64,000 bases of DNA from Mobula hypostoma (Eukaryota). Shown here piece by piece: positions 21,130-31,949 of the stretch. Positions within the stretch are counted from its first letter, which is position 1, and each line of letters starts with the position of its first letter. The position numbers and the translations under genes are program-made. Below the pieces are notes generated by a model. It saw only the letters and a list, made by a program, of their open reading frames with translations, searched no databases and was not told where the DNA came from. The DNA lies in assembly GCF_963921235.1 (NCBI RefSeq), contig NC_086103.1, positions 10,478,001-10,542,000 on the forward strand, read 5' to 3'.

Positions 21130-23250
21130 ATATTGTGCTTACTGGTCATTGTGAGACAGCCTGGATTGATTTTTCTGTTCTCTAAGCCTCAACATGCATA
21201 CACACGTAAGCAGAAACACCATGAATCTGATCCTCAAAGAAAACAAGATTGGAGCGATAACTGAACAACGTAAGAACGTAAGAATTCGGAGCAGGAGTAA
21301 GCCATGTTGCCCTTCGAGACTGCTCCGACATCTAATATGATCATGGCAGATCTAACTGTGGACTCCCCCCACCTCTCTTTTCCCCATAAGCCCTTGCTCC
21401 CCGCTATGCAAAAGTCTATCTGGCGGTGTCTTAAATGTACTTAATGCGGTTGCTCTACTGCTTCCCTGGGCAGAGAATTCCAAGGTTCACGACTATAAGA
21501 CCATAAAACGTAGGAACAGAATTAGGCAATTCGGCCGATCGAGTCTGCCTCGCTATTCCAACATACCTGATTTGTTATCCCTTCACCGCATTCTCCTGCC
21601 TTCTCCGCTTCCTACACTCTGGCAAATACAATTACTCCTGATCTCCATCCTAAAGCTATTCCCAGAAACTAGAGGCAATGCTGCTGATTCTGGTCTACAT
21701 AATATAACAAGACTCAATGTACTGTAAGAAATTAGTTGTTCGTTTCAGCCTTTTAAGAATGTAAGTTCGGAATTTAACCGAATACTGTTTTACAAATATA
21801 AAATTGCTTGAAGTACATGATGAAGATATGGGCAACATATTCCATTGAAAATTGAATTTATCCTGTTTGGCCGATTAATGAGAGAGAACGCTAACTGAAA
21901 CGTACGGAGAAAGTACTTAATTCCATGAAAATTTCATGAAAACCACGAAAAGTCCAGGGTGTCGGAATTCTGAAAGAGTTAAAAAAAAATTGCAAAAACA
22001 CGGCAGATCAGGCAGCATATAGCGGAAATAAGAAGAGATAGAATGTCAGCTTCCGGATCTGAAACGTGAAGTGTTTTTCTTTCCGCAAACGATAGCGCAT
22101 CTGTTGAGTTTTGTCAGCATTTCTTTTTTTTTACATACATAAAGGTAACGAACGGAAATTTAAGAAAAATTATTTTTTTTAAACACTAAAGCTGAATTCT
22201 ATGAATTCTATTTATGATCTCAGGCTCCAACAAGCGCACAAATAAGCTCGCCTGTATTGACAGAAATTCGAGAATTTTATAATAGTACTTTTGAGCCACT
22301 CCTGCTCAGAATGCATACAAGCCTGAGAGCATGTGATAATAATCGTACTGCTTTATCAGAGAAACAGGCTATTGAGCCCAGCGGTCATGTCAACCAAAAT
22401 GTCTGTCTGAGATAGTTCCATTTTACTGCACTTGGCCCATATCACTCTAAATATTTTCACGCTATGAATCTGCTAAATTTCTTTTAAACGTTGAAATTTA
22501 CGCACCTATTCAGCTTTCTCCGGCGGCCCATTCCGTATACCCGTTGCCCTCCACGTCAAAAAGAATCCCTTCTGTTGATTTTTAACAATTGCCTTTCACC
22601 TTAAGTCTGTGTCCTCTCACTTTAGACTCCACTACTTTAGGGAAACCACTGTGACTATCCCACTTAAGTAGGCACTTCATGATTTCATATTCCACTATAA
22701 TATTACACAGTAGCATACTATATCTACAGAAAAAAATAGGCCCAAGGCTATCCAGCCTATCGTAACAGCTCAAGTATTCCGGTCCCTATGAAAACCTCAC
22801 GATGCTTTCCTGCACCAATCCGATCGTACTGTAGTCAAGCCTCCAAGATTGAACGCCCGACTCCAAGTGCAGCCTCACCAACGACATATTGAGCTGCAAT
22901 TGAGCGTCGTACTTTCTGTACGCAGTTCACTGATCAGTGAAGGCAAGAGTGCCAGATGCCTTCCTCTTAACCTGTCTACTAACGCCTCCACTTCAATGGA
23001 TGTGTGTACATATAATCCCGCTCACTCTGTAGTCACCTGCGTCTCTTGTTCTTCTCAAACAAATAATTGAAACAATTCCAGTAGATTTAGAAAACTGGTC
23101 GCCAATGAATTAATCAAAATTATAGACAATAAAATCACTGATGTAAGTGGAAGACGTCCACAATGTTTAAATAAAACAGTTAAGGAATACAAAGTACAAT
23201 GTACGGATGTGATCATCGTGAAAGGGGTTTCCTATTACAGCAGGCAACTG

Positions 23251-23863
23251 CAATTCTGGGCAAATATCTGAGGCACATATATATAGCTGGGGTGCCTTTC
23301 TCGGCCTGAAACGTCGACTGCGCCTCTTCCTATAGATGCTGCTTGGCCTGCTGCGTTCACCAGCAACTTTGATGTATGTTGCCTTATACGTTTGCTCGAT
23401 ACTGCAGTAATTTTATGTACTGCATCCAACTGTTGCTGGAAAAAATCATGACTTATGTGAATGATGATAATCGCGATTCTGCTCTGGGTCTCCGTTGTGG
23501 ACTGAGAGTGGGAGAGTCGCAAGAAGAGAGGAATTATGGTTGGCAAAAAGGTGAGGAGGGAGCAGGAAGCACCAGGTAGACATTCGGTGATGATTTAAAA
23601 AAAAACAGCTGTTTGGAATTGAATTATCTTGCCTGGTGTCTCAGGGCTGGGTGTGTCAGCAACCGTTCGACCCTCCACCCCTGGCACTCTTTCTCTGCCA
23701 CCTGCCCCACACTACTCGCCCGGCGCTCCATCCTCGCCATTCACAATATGCTTTGCTCCCGCCAGATTTACACTCTACACTCCACATTGGCAAATAAAGT
23801 GCTGTGCAAACGTCTCAGGCACCCTTGCTATATATATCTGCCGAAGACTTTTGCACAGTACTG
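23251..23863. mobile_element. Composite repeat bounded by two Tc1-like micro-MITEs; left one interrupted by a Penelope fragment (23299-23380)
   Basis: 23797-23863 is a 67-bp hairpin with 25-bp arms (consensus-like CAGTACTGTGCAAAAGTCTT.GGCA) flanked by TA; a more decayed copy spans 23251-23404. Confidence 0.6.
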
Positions 23864-23949
23864 TATTTTGTAATTTTTGATCATAAATAGGTATTAAAAG
23901 GTGTAAGTGAACTGCATAACAGTTATGGAAAGGTTAATGCTACGAAAGA

Positions 23950-26010
23950 ATAAAAGGTTCTGAAGAGAGAATTTAGAGTGTTAGGCAGAAAACTGAGAAG
24001 TTGGACCTCCAGTGTAAGAATTTCTGGATTGTTACCTGTACCATGCGCCAGTGAAGGTATAAACAGGATGATTGGGCAGATAAATCCGTGACTAAGAAGC
24101 AGGTGCAAGGGTCACGGCTTCAGAATCTTGGATCAAGTTCTGGGGAGATATGCCCTGTACAAAAGGGATGCACTGCACCTGCACCCGATGGAGGCCAATA
24201 TTCCCGCGGACTGGTCTGTTAGAGCTGCTGGGGAGGGTTTAAAATAATTTGGGGGTATGTGAAATGGAGTGAAGGAATTCAGGATAGGATAGATGACAAA
24301 AAAAGTAAAGATAGCGTGCAATCAGACTGTCAAGAAAGGAAGGTAGATGGCAGGACAAAATGCAGCCAGCAGTGTGAGTATCAGTGCGTTAAGGAAACGG
24401 GATCAAAAAGGGTAGAAACTACAGTTCTCAAAGTATTATATGTCAATGCACGGAGTATAAGAAATGAGGTGGATAATTTTGCTGCACGATTGTCAGGTAT
24501 GCTGTTGTGGCCATCGCTGAATCATGGTTGAAGGATGGTAGAAGTTGGGGGCTGAATGTCCAAGATTACACGTTGTCTCGGGGGGATAGGATGGTAGGCA
24601 GAGAGGCGTGTATCTGCTGGTAGAAAGATGTGATATAGGATCGGAAGATGTTGGGTCCTTATGCATTAAGTTGAGAAACTGCAGGATAAAAGTACCCTGA
24701 TGGCATTTATATGAAGGTCTCCCAACCGTAGCTGGGATATGGACCAAAGACCACAACGGGAAGTAGAAAAGGCTTATCAAAAGGGCAATGTTATGATCGT
24801 CATGGTCGATTTTAACATGCAGGTCGATTGGGAAAATCAGGTTGGTAATGGATCTCAAGAGAGTAAATTGATTGAATACCCAGAGATGGCTTTTTATATC
24901 TGTATGCCGTTGACTCTGCTAGCGGATCAGCTATACTAGATTGGGTATGGTGTAATGAACCGGACGCAATTTGGGAGCTTAAGGCAAAAGAACCCTTCGG
25001 AGATCGTGATCACAATATGATTGAGTTCAACTTGAAATTTGATGGGGAGAAAGTGAAGTCTGACGCAACAGTATTTCAGTGGAGTAAAGGAAACTATCGT
25101 GGTGTAAGAGAGGAGCTGGCCAAAGTAAATTGGAAGGAAATGCTGGCAGGGATGACAACAAAGCAGCAATAGTGTGAGTTTCTGGGGAAATGAGGAAGGT
25201 GCAGGATAGATGTATTCCAAAAGCAATGAAATACTTAAATGGCAAAATGGTATAACCGTGGCTGACCAGGGAAGTCACAGCTAATGTAAAAGCAAAAGAG
25301 AGGAATACAACAAAGCAAAAATTAGTGGGAAGACAGAGGATTGGGAAGCTTTTTAAACTCTAAAGACAGCAACTAAAAAAATTATTAGGAGGAAAACGAT
25401 GACATGTGAAACCAAACTAGCAAATAATATCAATGTGGATAGAAAAAGCTTTTTCAAGTATGTCAAAAATAAAAGAGAGATGAAAGCGGATAGAGGTGCG
25501 TCCATTTAAAACAGAGATGCGGAGGAATTCCTTTAACCAGGAGGTGGTGAATTTGTGAAATTTGTTACCACAGGCAGCTGTGGAGGCCAGCTCGTTGGGT
25601 ATATCTGAGACCAAGGTTGATAGGTTCTTGATTGGGCACTGCATCCGAGATTACGGGGGAAAGGGCTGGGAGTGGGGCTAATGAGGAGGATAAAGGGTCA
25701 GCCTTGATTGACTGCCGGAGCAGACTCGATGGGCTCTTCGGCAACAACTTACACCTGACATCCCCTCTGTACCTACTTTCAAGCACCTTCAAAGCCCCCT
25801 CGTGTTAGTCATTTCAGTCCTGGGAAAAATCCTCTGGCTATCCACACGATCAATGCCTCTGGCCATCTTATACACCCTTATCAGGTCACCTCTCATCCTT
25901 CGTCGCTCCAAGGAGAAAGCGAAGTTCACTCCACCAACTCCTCATAAGGCACGCTCTCCAAATCATGTAAATTTCTTCTGGACTCTCTCTATAGTATCCA
26001 CTATACTGTA
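23950..26010. mobile_element. Decayed CR1 fragments (ORF1 esterase end, APE endonuclease and 3' end on +; 3' fragment on - at ~25740-26010)
   Basis: LKVLYVNARSIRN and IVMVDFNMQVDW endonuclease motifs with many stops and frameshifts; homologous to the 53.3-54.7 kb region. Confidence 0.8.
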
Positions 26011-26916
26011 GTAAATTAAGGAACGTTAGGAACATTGCTAATCAGTGAATGTTGAGCTGCTCTGTTAGAGTTTCTAACAAAATTTAACAAGCTAAATAAA
26101 GAGAATTTTTTATATTAGCAAACCATGAAGAATGAAAATAACGCACCTACAGACCACGGATCATAAAGACAATCTGCATTTATAAATTAGCAAGTAATTC
26201 AGGAAAAAACAATTTCTTATAAAGACTGTGGAACACAGAACTGCATATCAAGTCAGATATATATTTTAAGTGAAACTTTGCTAAGCAGAAGATAAATAGA
26301 ACCACACCGCTGCCCCAGGATGAAGAATGTGGAGTAGGGAATGCCGTTATGAAACATAAACACCGACACGGTCTATTGGAATTAAACATTGAAGCAGCCT
26401 ACAATCTTTCTCTGTCTAGATATGCACTGAACCTGATGGTCAAATTAACCATTAAACTTCCATTATCTTAATTCTGCATTTTCATAAAGAAATGCAAATA
26501 CCAGGAATAAATCTATAAGAGTCTATGCAACCTATACAGATGTTCAATGGATTAACAGTGCGGGAGAAGAAAACACCATCGTTATTGTCTACCGCTCGGA
26601 AAGTGAGCTCTGCTATTATAATATAATTGGGTCACGGTTTTAAAAACCTGATTAGCGGGTTTAGTGGAGGTGGGTTTGGGGAATTGGGCTGCCGTCGATC
26701 AGACGGCTTGGTAATCGAAGTTACATACTTAAATCAAGTCATTGGTGGCTATTACATTCCCTTCATAACAAAATTCTGTTTATTGCAAGGTTTTCATAAA
26801 CAAACATATCATGAATAATGTTTGAGAGACAGGAGTAGTTCGTACGCAAACCTAAGTAACTGTGATGATTTAAAAAAAAACCTTCCCGTTTACCTTTGTA
26901 ATTACAACTTTGTAAT

Positions 26917-29313
26917 TTAGCAATGACCTGGAGCGAAAGGTGGATTGTAGGGTTTCAAGAAAAGAAATTCACTCTTGGATGATTCCGGTGACAAGCACAC
27001 CGAGTAATGATACCTCTCGGGAAAGGGTGCAGTCTGACCAGTCCCAGTACAATCAACTTGATCTCTTGGCGCATCGGCGCGGGTAAAGAGTTCTTTCGAA
27101 ATCCTCGGCCGGCAACAACAAATGGGGCACCCTCCATCGTGAATAATGCCTCCATCTTGTTTACACTTCAGTACAATTAAGAATACGATGATCAGAAGGA
27201 ACAAAACCGATGTTGATCCGAAGGTGACAAGTAAATAAAGATTCATGTCGCCGGAAACATAACCAGGATTACTATGAAAATCCCTCGTTTCAGAAACATT
27301 TTCAGTAACATTCCCCAAAATGGACAAAAATATTGTAGTTGTACTGGACAGGCTCGGCTGCCCATTATCCCTCACTAAGACGACAATACTCTGCGAGGTT
27401 TCATCCAAGTCCAAAATGCTTCTCGTTGTTCTGATTTCTCCTGAATTGCGCCCTATGCTAAAGAGAGTGGGATCGGTTGCTTGAACCATCTGATAGGAAA
27501 GCCGAGCATTCTGACCAGAGTCTGCATCTGTTGCCATGACTTTGGCGACCAAGTAACCTTGACCCGCTGAATGGGGCAGGATCTCCATGGGTGATGATCC
27601 ACTCGGTGTGGAAGGAGTAACAATCACCGGAGCGTTGTCATTTTGATCCAGGATGATCACATTCACGGTAGCGCTGCTGCTCAGTGGGGGCACTCCAGCG
27701 TCACGGGCTTGAACATGGAACTGGAAACTTTTGACCTTCTCATAGTCAAATGAGCGCAATGCGTAAATGGTACCGTTCATCGAGTTAATACTGAAGTAAG
27801 TGGACTCCAGCGAATCCTGCAGATTCCCCATGACGGAATAGGAAATATAGGAGTTTTGGTCCATATCCGGATCGAACGCAGTCAGGGCGAAAATAGAAGC
27901 ACCCGGAGCGTTATTCTCCATCACATAGACGGCGTAGGAAGATCGCGAAAATTGTGGTGTGTTGTCATTTACATCAGACAGCGTTATCTGGATAGTTTTA
28001 TTGGTCGATAACGGAGGAGACCCGGAGTCCCAGGCTGTGACAGGTATGTTATAGACCGGGGTAGTTTCCCGATCCAACAGACGGGTGGTGGTCAGTTCAT
28101 AATGCTTATTCAGAGAGGATTTAATTTTAAAAGGAAGGCCCAGTGGAATCTCACAGTGAACTTTTCCGTTTGCCTCGGAATCGCGATCCGTAACATCCAT
28201 TAGAGCTACCACTGTCCCAGGTGTTACATCTTCGGGGACATTGCCGGATAAGAATGTTACCTTTACATCAGGGGGATTGTCGTTTACATCAATTAATTTG
28301 ATCAATACTTTGGAATGCCCTGTAATAGCTGGTGATCCGTTATCCACGGCTTGTACATCAAGTTCATAACTGCTCTTTTCTTCAAAATCCAGCTGCTCTT
28401 GAACTTTTATCTCCCCAGTTTCAGGGTCCAAACTGAACAATTCATTCACTTTGCCTGAAACACGATTAGCAAAGGAGTACTTCACCTCAGCGTTAGTACC
28501 TTGGTCCAGATCGACAGCTTTCATTTTGATCACCAAGCTACCTAAAGGCGCATTTTCTACCAAGCTGACCGTATAGACTTCTTTCTCGAACACCGGTGCA
28601 TTGTCGTTGATGTCCAGCACGCTGATAGTGATTTGTGTTGTCCCGGATCTCGGAGGCTTACCGCCGTCAAAGGCCGTCAGTACGAGCTGAAATGATGCTT
28701 GTTGTTCGCGGTCCAGTGGCTTATCCAGTAACAACTCTACAATTTTACTTCCATCCTCCCTGACGTTGATGTTCAAACGGAATTGTTCACTGGGACTAAT
28801 ATTGTACGTGTTAACCGTGTTTGCTCCCACGTCCAGGTCGAGTGCGCTCTCTAGTGGGTAACGAGAGCCTGGTGCGATAGATTCAGCCATCTGCAAGCGA
28901 ATGGATTTTTCGGGGAACCTTGGTGAATTATCATTTATATCGAGAATCTCTGCTTCACCGCGGTGTATTTGGAGGGGGTTGTCTAAAATTATCTGGAAGC
29001 CAAGTGTACAGGAAGGACTCTGTGCGCAGAGCTGCTCTCTGTCTATTCGACCGCTGACAAATAAGACACCGGTGTCCAGATTTACCTCTAAATATTGCCT
29101 TCCCTCCGGAAAGACAATGCGACATTTTCGAGCTGATAATTGTCGAACCGTTAGTCCCAAATTTTCAGCGATATTTCCAACAAAAGAGCCATATTCCATT
29201 TCCTCTGGAATGGTGAAGCGAATTAGTCCGAAGCCCAGGGTCACTGCGTAAACAAAGGAAATAAAAACCAGCGCCTTAAACATCAAGGTGGTGTTGTTCT
29301 GCGAATTCGCCAT
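26917..29313 (-). CDS. Clustered protocadherin, variable-exon-type ORF (gene D), 798 aa; most diverged, 5'-most in window
   Basis: Same layout as A-C. Start placed at ATG 29313 (context GCAGAGACA-ATG and MxNSQNN shared by all four) rather than the track's TTG at 29352. Confidence 0.95.
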   Translation of the reverse strand: MANSQNNTTLMFKALVFISFVYAVTLGFGLIRFTIPEEMEYGSFVGNIAENLGLTVRQLSARKCRIVFPEGRQYLEVNLDTGVLFVSGRIDREQLCAQSPSCTLGFQIILDNPLQIHRGEAEILDINDNSPRFPEKSIRLQMAESIAPGSRYPLESALDLDVGANTVNTYNISPSEQFRLNINVREDGSKIVELLLDKPLDREQQASFQLVLTAFDGGKPPRSGTTQITISVLDINDNAPVFEKEVYTVSLVENAPLGSLVIKMKAVDLDQGTNAEVKYSFANRVSGKVNELFSLDPETGEIKVQEQLDFEEKSSYELDVQAVDNGSPAITGHSKVLIKLIDVNDNPPDVKVTFLSGNVPEDVTPGTVVALMDVTDRDSEANGKVHCEIPLGLPFKIKSSLNKHYELTTTRLLDRETTPVYNIPVTAWDSGSPPLSTNKTIQITLSDVNDNTPQFSRSSYAVYVMENNAPGASIFALTAFDPDMDQNSYISYSVMGNLQDSLESTYFSINSMNGTIYALRSFDYEKVKSFQFHVQARDAGVPPLSSSATVNVIILDQNDNAPVIVTPSTPSGSSPMEILPHSAGQGYLVAKVMATDADSGQNARLSYQMVQATDPTLFSIGRNSGEIRTTRSILDLDETSQSIVVLVRDNGQPSLSSTTTIFLSILGNVTENVSETRDFHSNPGYVSGDMNLYLLVTFGSTSVLFLLIIVFLIVLKCKQDGGIIHDGGCPICCCRPRISKELFTRADAPRDQVDCTGTGQTAPFPERYHYSVCLSPESSKSEFLFLKPYNPPFAPGHC

Positions 29314-29504
29314 TGTCTCTGCGCCAGTTGTTTTTATCTTCTGATCTGCCAAAGCCTTCTAAGTGTAAGAGATGTAATGGCAAAAAAAAACACCAAAAAT
29401 GCCTAGCTCGATTAATCTACATGTCAAAATTCATAAGACTCAACCGGTACGTAATGTGCTGATCCTGCGTCTGCAATCTAAATCGTACTTCTTTTCGCTC
29501 GGTT

Positions 29505-29650
29505 ATCCAGAGGGGAGGAGCAATGGATCTCCCGCTGTGGGAAGTCTCCTATTGGTTACAAGCGAGACATCGAGCCACTGTCAATCTCAGCAGAGTGCAA
29601 TCCTTAAAGCTAGACTGTTCCTGAAATTTTGTGGTGTTCAATTAAAATAT
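29505..29650 (-). promoter_or_regulatory. Diverged promoter module of gene D
   Basis: CAATGGATC 29521-29529, ATTGG 29551, GTCAAT 29580, CTTAAAGCT 29603; spacing retained while the surrounding DNA does not align with A-C. Confidence 0.72.
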
Positions 29651-30589
29651 AAAAATATTGATGGAGCTTCTGTGTATAGCAAAAAGTAAACGAATTTCTG
29701 CTGATATTCTTTTAATTTGTCTGGATTGGCGTTTCGATATTATTGATCTTCGCCTTACCAGTGAATCAATTGCAACCTATTCCAGGTGTTTTTCTCTCCC
29801 AATTCACAGTAAAGTTTCTATTTCCATGACGCAGATTCATCTGTAAAGTTAACATTAACATTTTAGGGTGTATTTTTAATGATTTTTGAAACTAAAGCAC
29901 TTCAAAAGTCAGCGGACATCACAGGAAGAGATAATGTAGGGAGACTGCAGATAGATGGGATAACGATAAAGTTGTAACAGTAGACGATTTCAGCGTCCTT
30001 TCCGCTGACTCCCAGCGTGCAATGTCTTAAATGGGGCGGCATTTGCTAAACGTCTCCAGGAATATTTTCTCAAATAATATGCCAATGGCCCTACAGGAGA
30101 GGGGACACAGATGATCTACCACTGAGGAATGTCCGGGTAAGTGGCTGAAATGTTACGGGGGTCACGGGACCATAATTGTATTAGTCTAAAGCCGTACTGG
30201 AAAAAACGTAAGACGGGTGCAAAATTAACACTTGCAATTGAGTGAAAATATATTTTAACGCAAAAGCCGGGAGCTTTAAATGGTTGATTGGGACAATGTG
30301 ATTGCAGCTGAAGGGATGGCTGGCGTGTGGGAGGATTCTGTGTACGAGATAGAGTGTGTTCATTTGCAGTATATTCCTGTTTGCATGAAGTTTAATGTTG
30401 GTCGGATTAGGGAGTTCTGCTTGGTAACGAATGTTGAAACAGTGGTCAGGAAAAAAGCAGGTCTTCAACTAGCTATCTTAAAACGTGTTATGGCAGATAA
30501 ATCCCCAAGCCCTAATTGACTTCTTTTACTTAAGAGTTACAGCACGATAACAAGCCCTTCTGGCCCAACTTGACTGTACCATTCTGTTA

Positions 30590-30778
30590 CACCCAGGTGA
30601 CCAATTAACTTACTAACCAGAAGGTCATTAGAATGTGGGAGAAGCAGGAGCACTTGGAGGAAACTGACGCAGTCATGGGCAGAACCTATAAGTTTCTTAC
30701 AGACACCGGCAGAAATTGAACCCATATCGCTGATGCTATAAAGCTTTACGCTCACTGCAACGCTACCATGGCGCCCTC
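30590..30778 (-). mobile_element. Second tRNA-derived SINE family (V-SINE/HE1-like)
   Basis: Minus strand begins GGCGCCATGGTAGCGTTGC with B-box-like GGTTCAATT; homologous copy at ~61070-61240. Confidence 0.6.
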
Positions 30779-31084
30779 GATTGTGCTTCCTGTGGCATTC
30801 TCTGAAGCGAGGGAAGAAATTGCATGGACCCTGGCAAAGAAAGTTACAACAGCTCAAGTAATTCAAAAGTTTGGAGATGAAATCTAGTGCCACCTGTAAG
30901 GAGTTTGTATGCCCTTTCTGTGACTACGTGTGTTTCCTCTGGGTGCTTGAGTGCGGCACGCCTGCCTATATCAGGGCATTGAATACAGCATTAGGGCAAC
31001 ATTTTGCAACTGTACGATGGTGAGACCACACATGGACAACTGTGGATGGTCGTAATCATTTTACCCGGATAGTGGATTCTAGAA

Positions 31085-31235
31085 GTAGACACAAGATATT
31101 CTGCAGATGATAAAAATCCAGAGCAACACATGCAAAATGCTGGAGGAACTCAGGAAGTCAGGCAGCGTCTATAGAGGGGAATTAACAATCGACGTTTTGG
31201 GCCGAACCCCTTCATAAAGACTATCAAGCAAGGGA
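31085..31235 (-). mobile_element. Penelope terminal fragment with degenerate hammerhead
   Basis: Minus strand TAGTCTTTATGAAGGGGTTCGGCCCAAAACGTCGATTG followed by the Penelope terminal segment; core mutated. Confidence 0.7.
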
Positions 31236-31949
31236 AAGGAAACCAGTCCTCTACCTCTTCTAACTATCACCTCCAAGATTCCCACATTACTTTGCAAAAG
31301 TTTTAGGCACGTGTAAAAATACGTAAAAATGCTTTGAAAATCATGAAATGAAAAGTTTCTACGTATCAAAAAACACTCTAAAGAGCAGCAAACAGCAAAA
31401 AGCTAAACCAAATTCATATTTCACTTTTAAACAGTATCATTTCTATTAGATACACTGTAGTGCAATTTATAAGAAAATCGGCTTGTAGGCAGGTCCAAAC
31501 ATCTTGGAGAAGAACTTGTCACAGTTCTTTTGCAGACTTCGGCTGTCTCGCTTGCTTCTGTCTCTCCAGTCAATCCCAGATAGCCTTAATGATTTTGAGA
31601 TCAGTGCTCTGTGGAGGCTATACCATGTGAAGGCATATTAAAAAATTCATGGTGCCTCGGACTTCTGCACTGTACTGTACTGTACGGCATCACCACTCCC
31701 TCGTCCATCCATATTCACACGCACGTGTTCTCACTTATCACTTGCCATCAGTGAACCCCACTCCCTTATCTTCTAATCCCGTTTTCCCCGTACTGCGAAA
31801 AGAAAAGATGGGATGGAGTTTGTCAACTATGTTCTGGAAAGGTTCCTTAATCTGTATAGAGATCCCAATTCGAGAGATTCTGGACTGTCTATTAGAGGAC
31901 TAGATACGACAGGTGACAGAAGTGTTTGTAGGTAATTAGTTTCAAGATA

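Noticed and set aside
29314-29352. 13-aa N-terminal extension of gene D in the ORF track
   Set aside because: Starts at TTG; the ATG at 29313 matches the conserved start context of the three paralogues.
30885-30900. CTCF-like AGTGCCACCTG
   Set aside because: Only half the core matches and it lies at the junction with a SINE fragment.
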